Shown: positions 1 to 9,652, counted from the stretch's first letter. The stretch is 64,000 nucleotides of DNA from an uncultured Acidobacteriaceae bacterium (GCA_963757205.1 CAVWQM010000005.1:78558-142557); one strand, 5' to 3'. Notes: a model not told the origin generated them from the sequence alone. Program-made: numbers and translations.

Positions 1-83
1 CCCCGGAATTGTAGGACGGCTGACAGCCTGTGCGAGAACTCTAGTTGTGGATGGAAGATTGAGCGATAGGGATTGTGTTTTGC

Positions 84-145
84 AAAAGAAAAAGCCCCTC
101 TGCCCAACCTCGAAACATGAGGAAGGACAGAGGGGCTTTTCTGCG
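84..145. terminator. Bidirectional intrinsic-terminator-like hairpin
   Basis: GCCCCTCTG (94-102) is the exact reverse complement of CAGAGGGGC (128-136). An A-run lies on the 5' side (84-93) and a T-run on the 3' side (137-140). It sits a few nt downstream of the stop of minus-strand ORF 148-456. Confidence 0.6.
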
Positions 146-147
146 TT

Positions 148-456
148 TTAGGCACCTTGCATTCTTTGCATTCTGGCTTCGTTCTTTGCGGCCGTTTCTT
201 CTTCGCTGAGGTCGTGGAAATATTTATAGAAGCCTTTGCTGGCGACTTCCTTTTCGACATGTTCCCAGTCGATGATTCTGAAATCTTTCATTTGCTGCTC
301 AAGTCCAAAGAGAGTTTCGCTTGAGTACCAAGAGCTCTTGGAGTGGTAAGTGGCAGAAACCAGAGCGATGTAACGGTGCTCCGTAGCCGATTGAGTCAAT
401 TTGGATGTGTCTAGAGAATCTGCCACGCGGAAAATACCAAGGATTAAATTGTTCAT
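148..456 (-). CDS. Hypothetical small protein (102 aa), no family recognised
   Basis: ORF track. GAGGTG Shine-Dalgarno-like motif (reverse complement of 462-467) lies 5 nt upstream of the ATG. A terminator hairpin follows directly. It is AT-richer than its surroundings (27 G+C in the 60 nt 241-300). Confidence 0.55.
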   Translation of the reverse strand: MNNLILGIFRVADSLDTSKLTQSATEHRYIALVSATYHSKSSWYSSETLFGLEQQMKDFRIIDWEHVEKEVASKGFYKYFHDLSEEETAAKNEARMQRMQGA

Positions 457-602
457 TCGTACACCTCTTCTAAATTCCTCTGCTTCGAGGTGAGAGACAG
501 CTTAACACGCTGCGTTGAAAGGCTCTACGGTCAAGTTAGCTGATACCCTCTTTAGAGTCGCGGCAAATCGTGAGTTGTTTCTGGGACCAGACAAATTCAT
601 TT

Positions 603-622
603 TTTGTGCTAGTTTGTGCTAG
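603..622. repeat. Perfect 10-bp tandem duplication TTTGTGCTAG x2
   Basis: Read directly: 603-612 equals 613-622. It lies in the divergent intergenic region between ORF 148-456 (-) and ORF 740-1627 (+). Confidence 0.9.
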
Positions 623-739
623 CTGCCTGCATATGCTGCGTTTCATGCGTTTGTATAGTCTTTTGTAATGTGCAAGTTATCTGATATCAATTAGGGGGAT
701 GAGTTCCTTTCGGGACCCTCTCTTTTTGCAAGTTTTGGG

Positions 740-1627
740 ATGGAGGGTTGGTTGAGCGAGACGGGGATGTACGAGAATCCGCTGGTGCCCAATGCGAAAT
801 TGCGGCAGATGTATGTGGCGATGGCTGAGGCGAGAGTGCTGGACGAACATATTGTCGCGTTACAGAAGAACGCGAAAGCAGGCAGGGCGCGGCGGAGGCT
901 GGGTTCTATTCGGGGGCAGGAGGCTTGTCGCGTGAGCACGGCAATTGACCTGCAACCCGGGGATCTGGTGAGCGATTCTCAGGTAGGAGTGGTGATGGAC
1001 CTGCTTGCGGGCGCGAAGGTCAATTCCCTTCTGAAGCGCGTGGCTGAGCTTGGTTCGGGGAAAAAGGCCAGGGGAGCGAAGCGGGGCGGAGTTCCCGCAC
1101 GGGTGTTGCCGTGGGTTGCCGATGCGGACGAGCGGTTGAGGTTGGCGATGGGTGCGGCGCTCTCGTTCAAGACGTTGGAACAGCCGAATGTTGTGGTCGC
1201 CTATGGTCGTCAAGGTGACTTGGGCAAGGGGGGCTGGCGGAAGATGCTGGAAGTGGCCGGATCGCTTGAGCTGCCGGTGATTTTTGTGATTCTGCCTGTG
1301 GTGACGGGAGAGAAGACGGATGGGATGACGAACCTGAGCGCCAGGACAGCGCAGTGGGGAGTGCCTGGAATTCCTGTCGATGCGGGAGATGCGGTGGCAC
1401 TGTACCGGGTGGCGCAAGAGTCGCTTGGGCGGACTCGAGGGGGAGATGGGCCGGTATTGATTGAGTGTCTGGCGTACAGTGCAGACGGCTCGGCAGGGCG
1501 TGCGCGGGTCGATCCGCTGGTTCAGATGAAGGAGTTGCTGCTGGAACGCAAGGTGTGCACGGAGGCATGGCTGGAACGTGCGCATGATGGGATGCGCCGA
1601 CGGATAGCAGCGGCGACAAGATGGTAA
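740..1627 (+). CDS. Thiamine-diphosphate-dependent dehydrogenase E1 alpha-like protein with a degenerate cofactor motif
   Basis: The segment VVAYGRQGDLGKGGWRKMLEVAGSLELPVIFVILPV resembles the E1alpha GDG-X(24-27)-NN region (canonical ...GDG...LPxIFxCENN). At 295 aa it is shorter than typical E1alpha. No E1beta or E2 gene is adjacent. The start is uncertain (alternative ATG at 767). Confidence 0.5.
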   Translation: MEGWLSETGMYENPLVPNAKLRQMYVAMAEARVLDEHIVALQKNAKAGRARRRLGSIRGQEACRVSTAIDLQPGDLVSDSQVGVVMDLLAGAKVNSLLKRVAELGSGKKARGAKRGGVPARVLPWVADADERLRLAMGAALSFKTLEQPNVVVAYGRQGDLGKGGWRKMLEVAGSLELPVIFVILPVVTGEKTDGMTNLSARTAQWGVPGIPVDAGDAVALYRVAQESLGRTRGGDGPVLIECLAYSADGSAGRARVDPLVQMKELLLERKVCTEAWLERAHDGMRRRIAAATRW

Positions 1628-1683
1628 ATCATTGTGCTTAGGGATACTTAGGGAGAGGCTATTTTGCGGCTGCGGCCGGAGGG

Positions 1684-3693
1684 GTGTTGGCAATTACACT
1701 GGTTGCTGCAGTTGAGTCACGGGTTATTGAGGTGCGAGTGCGGAACAGGGGTTTTCTCTCTTTTGCGGTGCTGATTTTATGTACCGCTTCGATTGCTTTT
1801 GGGCAGAAGCCGACTCCTCCCCCTCCTACTCCTCCGCCCGACTCGGAGCCGGTGCCGACTCCTACTCCTGCGGATACGACGCCGGCGGTTCCGGCGTATG
1901 CGCCGAAGCCGCAGCAGCAGACTCAACCTGCTCAGCCTCAACCTCAACCCCAGACTCAGGCCCCGCCTCCGGCTCTTCCAACACCGGAGCAGAAAGGTCC
2001 GCCAGTGGTGCCACCGGCCACTCCTACACCGCAGGCTCCGTATGTGGGGTATGAGCCGTATGCTCCGAAGCCACCGAAGCCTCCGGTTGACCGGCTAGGA
2101 TCGGCTTATATTCCCGTGGATAGCTGGATGTATCCGGCGTTGACGCGACTCTACGGAATGGGATTTCTCGACACGATGTTTGTGGGGATGCGGCCTTACA
2201 CGCGGCGGAGCGTGCTGCACATGGTGCTGAAGTCGAGGGATGCGATTATCAACAGCGACAACGAGCAGGCGCAGGACATCCTGGCAAAGCTGCTGTACGA
2301 GTTGAGTGCGGAGGTGCCGAGCGGCAATGTGGACCGCGGACTGGTGTACGGAATGAGCTCGTCTTATACGCGGTTCCTGGGAATCAGTGGTCCGATCCTC
2401 CGGGACAGCTACCACCTGGGACAGACGATCAGCAATGACTACGGCCGACCGTTTGAGAGCGGCTTGAACGCCATCGCCGGCGCTGCGACGACCGAGGAGT
2501 GGGGGCCGTTTTCGTTATATGTCAGGGGAGAGTATCAGCATGCTCCATCAGGAACCGGATACGAGAGGGAGCTGAGTGACGCGCTGGGGATCAACGACGA
2601 GATTCCGAATGAAGGGCCGTCGGACGTGATGCCCGTGGGGGAACTACCGTCGCAGAATCCCTTTCGGCTGGTGGAGGCGTATGGGTCGTTTCACCTGCTC
2701 GGGCATGAGATCACCGGAGGCAAGACCGACACGTGGCTTGGACCTGCGTTCGGCAGCGCGATGGCATGGTCCAATAACGCAGAGGATGTCTATTCGTTCC
2801 AAATCAACCGGGTAGAACCGCTGAATATCCCTTTGTTGTCGAAGGTTCTGGGGCCTGTGAGGTATGACTTTTTTGTGGGGAGCGTAAAGGGACATACCTA
2901 TTTGAATTCCCCGTGGGAGCACACCTCGATGTTCTCCTTCCGGCCAACGAAAAACTTTGAGTTTGGGTTTGAGCGAACAGTGATCTGGGGCGGCGAGGGT
3001 CATGCGCCGGTCACACTGCACACATTCCTGAAGAGCTTTTTCAGTTTTACCGACACCCCCGGTTCGGTAAAGATTTCCCGGGAGGATCCGGGCGCGCGAT
3101 ACAGCGACTTCACTTTCTCCTATCGACTGCCATTTCTGAGGCGGTACGCAACGTTGTATCTGGATTCGATCGCCCATGACGATGTGACGCCCATTAGTGC
3201 GCCGCGACGAGCGGCCTACCGGACCGGCTTGTACATCTCACAGATTCCGGGACTGAGGAAGCTGGATGTCAGAGCGGAGGGCGTGACCACCGATCCGGGA
3301 GTGGCGAGAAGCTTTGCGGGACAGTTCAATTACTGGGAGGTCATCCAAAAGGAGGGCTACACCAATAAAGGGTTCATCATGGGGGACTGGATTGGCCGCG
3401 AAGCAAAGGGTGGGCAGGCCTGGATCACGTACCATCTGTCGGCCGACCAGTGGATTCAACTTGAGTACTTGCATAAAAAAACCGCGAAGGACTTCGTTCC
3501 GGAAGGAACGACCCAGAACCAGTTCAAGGCGAGCCTAGTGAAACGTTTTGGCAAAGAAGTGGAGTTGAATGCTTGGGTGCAATATGAAGGGTGGAAGGCC
3601 CCAGCCTATAAGCCGGGGCTACAAAAAGACACTTCGGTTTCGGTGCAATTGACCTGGTATCCAAGGTTGCGCAATTATCCGGAAGTGCGTTAG
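1684..3693 (+). CDS. Capsule assembly Wzi-like outer-membrane protein with a Pro-rich N-terminal extension
   Basis: Signal-peptide-like FLSFAVLILCTASIAFGQ is followed by about 95 aa of P/T/Q-rich low complexity. The motif DSWMYPALTRLYGMGFLD...RPYTRRSVLHMV is typical of the Wzi family N-terminus, and a long beta-rich C-terminal part follows. It sits in an EPS locus. The exact start is uncertain. Confidence 0.6.
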   Translation: MLAITLVAAVESRVIEVRVRNRGFLSFAVLILCTASIAFGQKPTPPPPTPPPDSEPVPTPTPADTTPAVPAYAPKPQQQTQPAQPQPQPQTQAPPPALPTPEQKGPPVVPPATPTPQAPYVGYEPYAPKPPKPPVDRLGSAYIPVDSWMYPALTRLYGMGFLDTMFVGMRPYTRRSVLHMVLKSRDAIINSDNEQAQDILAKLLYELSAEVPSGNVDRGLVYGMSSSYTRFLGISGPILRDSYHLGQTISNDYGRPFESGLNAIAGAATTEEWGPFSLYVRGEYQHAPSGTGYERELSDALGINDEIPNEGPSDVMPVGELPSQNPFRLVEAYGSFHLLGHEITGGKTDTWLGPAFGSAMAWSNNAEDVYSFQINRVEPLNIPLLSKVLGPVRYDFFVGSVKGHTYLNSPWEHTSMFSFRPTKNFEFGFERTVIWGGEGHAPVTLHTFLKSFFSFTDTPGSVKISREDPGARYSDFTFSYRLPFLRRYATLYLDSIAHDDVTPISAPRRAAYRTGLYISQIPGLRKLDVRAEGVTTDPGVARSFAGQFNYWEVIQKEGYTNKGFIMGDWIGREAKGGQAWITYHLSADQWIQLEYLHKKTAKDFVPEGTTQNQFKASLVKRFGKEVELNAWVQYEGWKAPAYKPGLQKDTSVSVQLTWYPRLRNYPEVR

Positions 3694-3710
3694 CCCATGC
3701 TCCGAGGCAG

Positions 3711-4646
3711 TTACCGAACGCATGCCTTGAAGTATTCGAGGGATTTTTCCAGCCCGTGACGCAACTTGACCTTCGGTTCCCAGCCGAGTAGTTCTTTTGC
3801 CCGAGTAATATCCGGGCGGCGCCGGGTTGGGTCGTCCTGCGGGAGCGGCTGGAAGAGGATCTCGGTGCCGGCGCCCGTGACGGAAAGAATTTCGTGAGCA
3901 CATTCGAGGATGGTCCACTCGTCGGGATTACCGATGTTGATGGGGAGATGCTCTTTGGAGGACGCGAGGCGCAGGACGCCGTCGATGAGATCGGAGACGT
4001 AACAGAAGCTGCGCGTCTGGGAGCCGTCGCCATAGATGGTGAGGGGCTTGCCTTGCAGGGCCTGCATCATGAAGTTCGAGATGACTCGGCCGTCGTTGGG
4101 TTGCAGCCTGGGGCCATAGGTGTTGAAGATACGGACGAGGTGGGTGTCGACACCGTAGTAGCGGTGGTAGGCCATGACTGCGGCTTCGGAGAAACGCTTG
4201 GCTTCATCGTAGACGGAACGCAGGCCGATGGGGTTGACGTGGCCCCAGTAGGTCTCGACCTGGGGATGCACCTCTGGGTCGCCGTAGCACTCGGATGTGG
4301 AGGCATGGAGGTAGCCCGCGCCATGTTTGCGGGCAAGGTCGAGAGTGTTGATGGTGCCGGCGGAGCCGACGAGGAGGGTTTCGGGACCGAGACGAGTGTA
4401 GTCGGTGGGACTGGCGGGGGAGGCGAAGTTGAAGATGAAGTCGACTTTGCCGGGGTCAAAGGGTTTCGTGATGTCCTGCTCGAGGAAGCTGAACCGGTCT
4501 TCGCGCTGGAGGTGACTGAGGTTGGCGAGTCTCCCGGTGCTGAGGTTATCGACGCCGATCACCGAGTTCCCTGCTGCGAGCAAAGCGTCACAAAGATGAG
4601 AGCCGAGGAAGCCGGCTGCTCCAGTGACAAGAATGTTTCGAGACAT
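3711..4646 (-). CDS. uxs: UDP-glucuronate decarboxylase (UDP-xylose synthase), extended SDR
   Basis: GAAGFLGSH Rossmann motif, YDEAKR (YxxxK) catalytic motif, 311 aa length and overall similarity to UXS. AAGGAGA Shine-Dalgarno-like motif upstream. Located immediately downstream of ugd. Confidence 0.85.
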   Translation of the reverse strand: MSRNILVTGAAGFLGSHLCDALLAAGNSVIGVDNLSTGRLANLSHLQREDRFSFLEQDITKPFDPGKVDFIFNFASPASPTDYTRLGPETLLVGSAGTINTLDLARKHGAGYLHASTSECYGDPEVHPQVETYWGHVNPIGLRSVYDEAKRFSEAAVMAYHRYYGVDTHLVRIFNTYGPRLQPNDGRVISNFMMQALQGKPLTIYGDGSQTRSFCYVSDLIDGVLRLASSKEHLPINIGNPDEWTILECAHEILSVTGAGTEILFQPLPQDDPTRRRPDITRAKELLGWEPKVKLRHGLEKSLEYFKACVR

Positions 4647-4750
4647 CTTTTATTACCTTTCTCCTTAAATCATGTTCCCATTCCCACTGTTTTTTGTGGA
4701 ACGAGCGGCATCTTGCGATGCCGATGTGAACGGGTCCGCAAACGCAGGAA

Positions 4751-6166
4751 CTAACCGGCGGACGATGGTGATGCGACGTCCCGCACAGGATAGGCTGCGG
4801 GGCGACCGATACTCAGATAAGTAAAGCCGTATTTAACCATGATATCGGGATCGTACAGGTTGCGACCATCAATGATGATGGGATAACGAAGGGTCTTGTT
4901 GAGGCGATCAAGGTCGAGGTCGGCAAACTCGGCCCAGTCGGTGAGGATGACGAGAGCGTCGGCATCCTTCGCTGCGCTGTAGGCGTCGGCTACATAGGAT
5001 AGGTTGGGCCCGGAGGGCAGCACTTCCTGGGTCCGCTTGATCGCCGCGGGATCATAGGCGGTGATCGAACAGCCCTCGGCAAGCAGCATTTCGACAACGT
5101 CGATCGCGGGGGATTCGCGAATGTCATCGGTCTCTCCCTTGAAGGCGAGGCCGAGAACACCGATGCGTTTGCCGCGGAGTGTCCATAGGGCGGAACGAAC
5201 CTTATTGAGGAAACGCCTCTTCTGCTGGCTGTTGATTTTTTCGACTTCGGTGAGGAGATTGAAGTCGATGCCCAGCTGCTCCGCCACGGAACGGAAGGCG
5301 GCCACGTCTTTGGGAAAACAAGAGCCTCCGTAGCCGATGCCGGGGCGAAGGAATTTTCGGCCGATGCGGCTGTCGAGCCCCATGCCGCGCGCTACCTGCT
5401 CCACATTGGCGTTGGTGGCTTCGCAGAGGTTGGAGACGGCGTTGATGAAAGAGATCTTCAAAGCCAGGAAGGCGTTGGAGGCATGCTTGATGATCTCGGC
5501 GCTCTTGGTGGAGGTCAGCAGGAGCGGAGGTGGCGCGGTGACGTTGCGGAGACCGGCGATGGCCTCGCTGCGCGTGTAGTAGGCGCCAGTCGTGAGGGGG
5601 AGATAGATTCGGGTAAGAATTGCCGCGGCCCGGTCGCTGTCGGCACCGACCACGATGCGATCGGGATGAAGGAAGTCGGCGACCGCAGTTCCCTCGCGAA
5701 GGAACTCGGGATTGGAGACAACGTCGAAGAGGCGACGGGCGACGCCGTTGCGCTCCATCGTACGGGTGACCCACTCGTTGGTGTAAACGGGCACTGTGCT
5801 TTTTTCGACGATGACTTTATAGCTGGTGAGCGAACGAGCAATTTCGCACGCAACGGCTTCGACGTAGGAGAGATCGGCGTCGCCGGCTTCGCTTTGTGGG
5901 GTCCCTACGGCGATAAAGATGGCTTCGCACTCGCGGGTGGCCTCGGCGAGGTCGGTCATGAAGCGAACCCTGGTGTTGCGGTACTTGCCGAGAAGTTCGG
6001 GGAGGTAGTTCTCGTGGATGAGCGAGTCGCCGGCCTGAAGGGCGGCCACTTTGCTCTCATCATTGTCTACACAGATGACATCGTGGCCCATTTCGGCAAA
6101 GCAAACGGCGGCAACCAGACCGACATATCCCGACCCGACGACGGCAATTTTGATGTTTTCACTCAT
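4751..6166 (-). CDS. ugd: UDP-glucose 6-dehydrogenase
   Basis: N-terminal VVGSGYVGLV NAD-binding motif, catalytic-Cys motif GYGGSCFPKDV, 471 aa. Confidence 0.9.
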   Translation of the reverse strand: MSENIKIAVVGSGYVGLVAAVCFAEMGHDVICVDNDESKVAALQAGDSLIHENYLPELLGKYRNTRVRFMTDLAEATRECEAIFIAVGTPQSEAGDADLSYVEAVACEIARSLTSYKVIVEKSTVPVYTNEWVTRTMERNGVARRLFDVVSNPEFLREGTAVADFLHPDRIVVGADSDRAAAILTRIYLPLTTGAYYTRSEAIAGLRNVTAPPPLLLTSTKSAEIIKHASNAFLALKISFINAVSNLCEATNANVEQVARGMGLDSRIGRKFLRPGIGYGGSCFPKDVAAFRSVAEQLGIDFNLLTEVEKINSQQKRRFLNKVRSALWTLRGKRIGVLGLAFKGETDDIRESPAIDVVEMLLAEGCSITAYDPAAIKRTQEVLPSGPNLSYVADAYSAAKDADALVILTDWAEFADLDLDRLNKTLRYPIIIDGRNLYDPDIMVKYGFTYLSIGRPAAYPVRDVASPSSAG

Positions 6167-6177
6167 AGTGCTGTAGT

Positions 6178-6202
6178 GTTATTCCTCAGTGTTGAGAATA
6201 AC
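6178..6202 (-). promoter_or_regulatory. 5'-UTR hairpin overlapping a Shine-Dalgarno-like GAGGA of ugd
   Basis: GTTATTCCTCA (6178-6188) pairs with TGAGAATAAC (6193-6202) with one bulged C. On the minus-strand mRNA the stem contains GAGGAA and ends 11 nt before the ugd ATG (6166). Confidence 0.3.
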
Positions 6203-6317
6203 CGAACGCAGGAGCAATCGACGGGGTCCGAGAGCATTGGCAGTTGCTTTGAACCGATGCGACGGTGCGTTCATCTAATATTCCTTCTGGAAGGCCCACT
6301 CGGGTAGACTAAGGTCA

Positions 6318-8573
6318 ATGGGTTCCGAAAATACGCAGCCACCATCCGTGGGTGTTCCGGATACGAGCCAGAACAGGTTCAGTACAACGGTTACAGATAC
6401 TACGCTGTCCGAAGCGCTGATCGTTCTCCGGAAACGACGGTGGGTTCTGATTATTGCCGTTCTACTGGGACTGGCATATGGAATCTTCAAGGCGGAGTCT
6501 CAACCGAAGCTGTACGACTCGTATGGGCGAATCCAGGTGCGGTCGGGCTCGTCGAATGAGTACCGGGTGAGCACGGTAGGAGAGTATGGCGGCGATGCCA
6601 GTACGAGGCTGCTGACGGAGCTTGAGATTCTTAAGAGCGATTCCCTGATGTTACGGGTGTGTCGCGAGATGGATTTGTCGAACAACGCAGACTTTCTCGA
6701 GCGTAAAGGACCTGTTCCCCATACGTCACTGGACGATGGTGAAACTCGGCAAGATACGGTTCACCGCCTGCAGAGCAATTTGCACGTCACGCTGGTTCCA
6801 AAAACCGACATTATCCGCATCGACTATAGCAGCCTGAATCCAAAGCTGTCGGCGGATATCGTCAATCGGGTCATTTCAGACTATATTCAGCGCAGCTATC
6901 AGACGCGGTTCGAGTCTTCGCAGCATGTTTCGGACTTTCTTTCAGGCACGCTGGAAGGCCTGAAACAAGAGGTGGAGACGTCGCAGGAGCAGCTGATCGA
7001 CATGCAGCGCCGACTGGGCATCCTCGCGTTCGATCCGAACCACAATCAGATCAGCAACTCGCTCGATGATCTTTCCAGAGCGGCAGGGGCTGCGAAGTTA
7101 GCCCGGATTATCGCGGAGGCGCGGTACCGCGTTCTGAACGGCACAGATCCGAACACGATTGAAGGCACGATTGAACTAACGCCGGGTACCGCGCCGGCGA
7201 TGTTGAATCAGCTGCGAACGCAGCTTGCAGGAGGGAGGGCGAGCTATGCACAGATGGAGTCGACGCTGGGGCCGAACCACCCTCAGGCGAAGGCGCTGAA
7301 AGCGCAGATTGATGAATTGAAGAAGGAGATCGATGCCGAGCAGAACCGGCTCCTGGTCCAGGCGAAGCAGAACTACATCGTAGCGCGTGCGAATGAAGAT
7401 CAGACGACTGCTGCGTTGGAGGCGGAGAAGTCGGACGCTTATAAGTTGCGGGACCAGCTGGTGGAATACACGCTGCGGCAACGGGAGTTTGAAGCGAACC
7501 GGAACCTGTACGACAGCCTGCAACAACGTCTGCGGACCGCGAGCGTCCAGTCCGGGCTGGAATCGCTGGACATTGAAGTTGTCGATCGGGCTTTGCCTCC
7601 GGCGAACCCTGTGCTGCGGCCACAGTCGACGGTGATTATGACCGCGTTGGCCTTCAGTATGCTGGCCGGAATTGTGATCGCCTTCCTGCTGGAGAGTCTG
7701 GACACCGGTTTGCGGAGCATCGCGGAGATCGAGAGCATCACGGAGCTCCCGTCGTTAGCCATCATTCCGCGAGCGCGGCGGTCTTCTGTTGATCACGCAG
7801 GAACGTTGACCACGGCGCAACGAAATATCGGCATCCTGACGCAACCGAAGTCGCAGTTTGCCGAATCCTTCCGCTCGCTGCGCACGTCGCTTTTGTTATC
7901 GACTGCCGGGCATCCGCCGAAGTTCATTGTGCTGACGAGCGCGACGCCTTCAGAAGGCAAGACCACGGCGGCCAGCAATCTGGCGGCTATTCTGGCGCAA
8001 CGAGACACGCGTGTTCTGCTGATCGACGGCGACCTTCGCAGGCCTAACATACATCACCGATTCGGGCTGAATGGCAAGATCGGCCTGACGACAGTGCTGA
8101 CTGGGGCCACGAAGCTGGAAGAGACCGTGCAGGGAGTGCCTGAGATTCCGAATCTTGACATTCTGCCGAGCGGACCTGTTCCACCTTTCCCGACAGAGAT
8201 GTTGAGCTCCGGGGCGATGGACGCGATCCTGCGGCGCTGTGGCGAACTTTACGATTACGTAGTCATCGACTCGCCGCCGATCCTTTCGGTTACGGATGGC
8301 GTCATCCTTGCGCGACAGGCGGATGCAGTCGTGCTGGTGGTGCGGCACGGCAAGTCGAGTAAACATGTGGTGCGGCGTGCAAGGGATATCCTATTGCGCG
8401 CGGGTGCAGGCATTACCGGTATTGTGCTGAACGCAGTCGATCTGAACTCACCCGAATACTACGGGTACTACGGGTATTCCGGTTATTCGTACTCGAGTGT
8501 GGATTCGGAAAGCTGGGAATCGCAGAAGGTCTCCAGGGACGATGCACGCAAATCCGAGGAGGCTGAGCGATGA
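6318..8573 (+). CDS. wzc: Polysaccharide co-polymerase / BY-kinase (Wzc/GumC-type tyrosine autokinase)
   Basis: Two TM segments flank a long coiled-coil periplasmic region. The C-terminal ATPase has Walker A SATPSEGKTT, Walker A' LLIDGDLRRP and Walker B YVVIDSPP. A terminal Tyr cluster reads EYYGYYGYSGYSYS. Confidence 0.9.
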   Translation: MGSENTQPPSVGVPDTSQNRFSTTVTDTTLSEALIVLRKRRWVLIIAVLLGLAYGIFKAESQPKLYDSYGRIQVRSGSSNEYRVSTVGEYGGDASTRLLTELEILKSDSLMLRVCREMDLSNNADFLERKGPVPHTSLDDGETRQDTVHRLQSNLHVTLVPKTDIIRIDYSSLNPKLSADIVNRVISDYIQRSYQTRFESSQHVSDFLSGTLEGLKQEVETSQEQLIDMQRRLGILAFDPNHNQISNSLDDLSRAAGAAKLARIIAEARYRVLNGTDPNTIEGTIELTPGTAPAMLNQLRTQLAGGRASYAQMESTLGPNHPQAKALKAQIDELKKEIDAEQNRLLVQAKQNYIVARANEDQTTAALEAEKSDAYKLRDQLVEYTLRQREFEANRNLYDSLQQRLRTASVQSGLESLDIEVVDRALPPANPVLRPQSTVIMTALAFSMLAGIVIAFLLESLDTGLRSIAEIESITELPSLAIIPRARRSSVDHAGTLTTAQRNIGILTQPKSQFAESFRSLRTSLLLSTAGHPPKFIVLTSATPSEGKTTAASNLAAILAQRDTRVLLIDGDLRRPNIHHRFGLNGKIGLTTVLTGATKLEETVQGVPEIPNLDILPSGPVPPFPTEMLSSGAMDAILRRCGELYDYVVIDSPPILSVTDGVILARQADAVVLVVRHGKSSKHVVRRARDILLRAGAGITGIVLNAVDLNSPEYYGYYGYSGYSYSSVDSESWESQKVSRDDARKSEEAER

Positions 8574-9652
8574 GACAGGGGCACGATAATCTTCGGGTTG
8601 GCAAGGCGGTCGCGGGCAGGTTGCGGATGGCCCGCCGCGCTGCGTGGCTAAGCTTTGCCGTGTTTCTGTTGATGGCTCTGTGCGGCTCCGCGATGGCTCA
8701 GTTCAGCGGACCGGCGCTTGGGGTGACTACGCAGGTGAATCCGCCGTATACAATCACGACCGATCGCGCGATTCTGTATCCGGCGAATCGAGAAGTGTAT
8801 CTGTGGCACGACGATCTGATCAGTGTTCATCTGTTTGAGAGTGCGGACTATAGTCCGACTGTACGAGTGAGCCTCGATGGCACGATTCAACTTCCGTTGA
8901 TCGGCAAGGTGAAGGTGGAGGGCCTCACGCTGCATCAGGCTCAGGACCTGATCGCGCAGAAGCTGGTGGCTGCGGGGATGTATCGCGATCCTCAGGTCAC
9001 GATCCAGATTGTGGAGTCGCCGAACCAGACAGCCACCGTGATCGGAGAGTTGCACGGAATTGTGGCGATCATCGGGGAGAGACGGCTATACGATGTATTG
9101 GCGGCTGTTGGCAGCGGCGGAGGATTCACGACAACGTCTACTACCGTCGTATTGGGAGGAGGCGGGCTTCCGACAACCGCGAGCCATATCATTACGATTA
9201 ATCGTCCCGGCGTCCCGCAGCCTATCACGGTCGACCTCGGAACCAATCCTGAGACGAGTGCTGAGGCCAATATACCAATCTTCCCGCGAGACACGATCAT
9301 CGTCCCACGGGTGGGAGTGGTTTATCTGCTGGGAGCCTTCAAGGTTCAGGGTGCGGTACCACTGACACAAAATTCGCCGATGACCTTGATGAAGGTGGCC
9401 GCGCTTACCGGCGGCGCCGGTTTTGAAGGCAAGCAAGGTGACCTCAGGATTATTCGGTCCGTTGGAACGGGACGTCAGGTCGTTCGCGTCGATCTCAAGA
9501 AGATCGTCAACGGTGAGGAACCCGACCCCGTGCTGCAACCGGAGGATATCGTCTTCCTGCCTACCAACGCGATGAAGGCAGCGATTAAAAATGGAGGAAT
9601 CGGTACCCTGCTGGGCATTGTGTCGATTCTGCTCGTCGCCACTGGAGTATAG
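8570..9652 (+). CDS. wza: Polysaccharide export protein (Wza/Poly_export + SLBB-like)
   Basis: ATGA start/stop overlap with wzc. Signal peptide LSFAVFLLMALCGSAMAQ. Poly_export-like segment LDGTIQLPLIGKVKVEGLTLHQAQDLIAQKL. C-terminal hydrophobic helix GIGTLLGIVSILLVATGV. Alternative start at 8627. Confidence 0.8.
   Translation: MRQGHDNLRVGKAVAGRLRMARRAAWLSFAVFLLMALCGSAMAQFSGPALGVTTQVNPPYTITTDRAILYPANREVYLWHDDLISVHLFESADYSPTVRVSLDGTIQLPLIGKVKVEGLTLHQAQDLIAQKLVAAGMYRDPQVTIQIVESPNQTATVIGELHGIVAIIGERRLYDVLAAVGSGGGFTTTSTTVVLGGGGLPTTASHIITINRPGVPQPITVDLGTNPETSAEANIPIFPRDTIIVPRVGVVYLLGAFKVQGAVPLTQNSPMTLMKVAALTGGAGFEGKQGDLRIIRSVGTGRQVVRVDLKKIVNGEEPDPVLQPEDIVFLPTNAMKAAIKNGGIGTLLGIVSILLVATGV

Noticed and set aside
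1779-2098. Two ~90-100-aa ORFs in alternative frames of the Pro-rich region
   Set aside because: They are artefacts of the CCN-rich low-complexity DNA. The Wzi-like frame continues into a long conserved domain.
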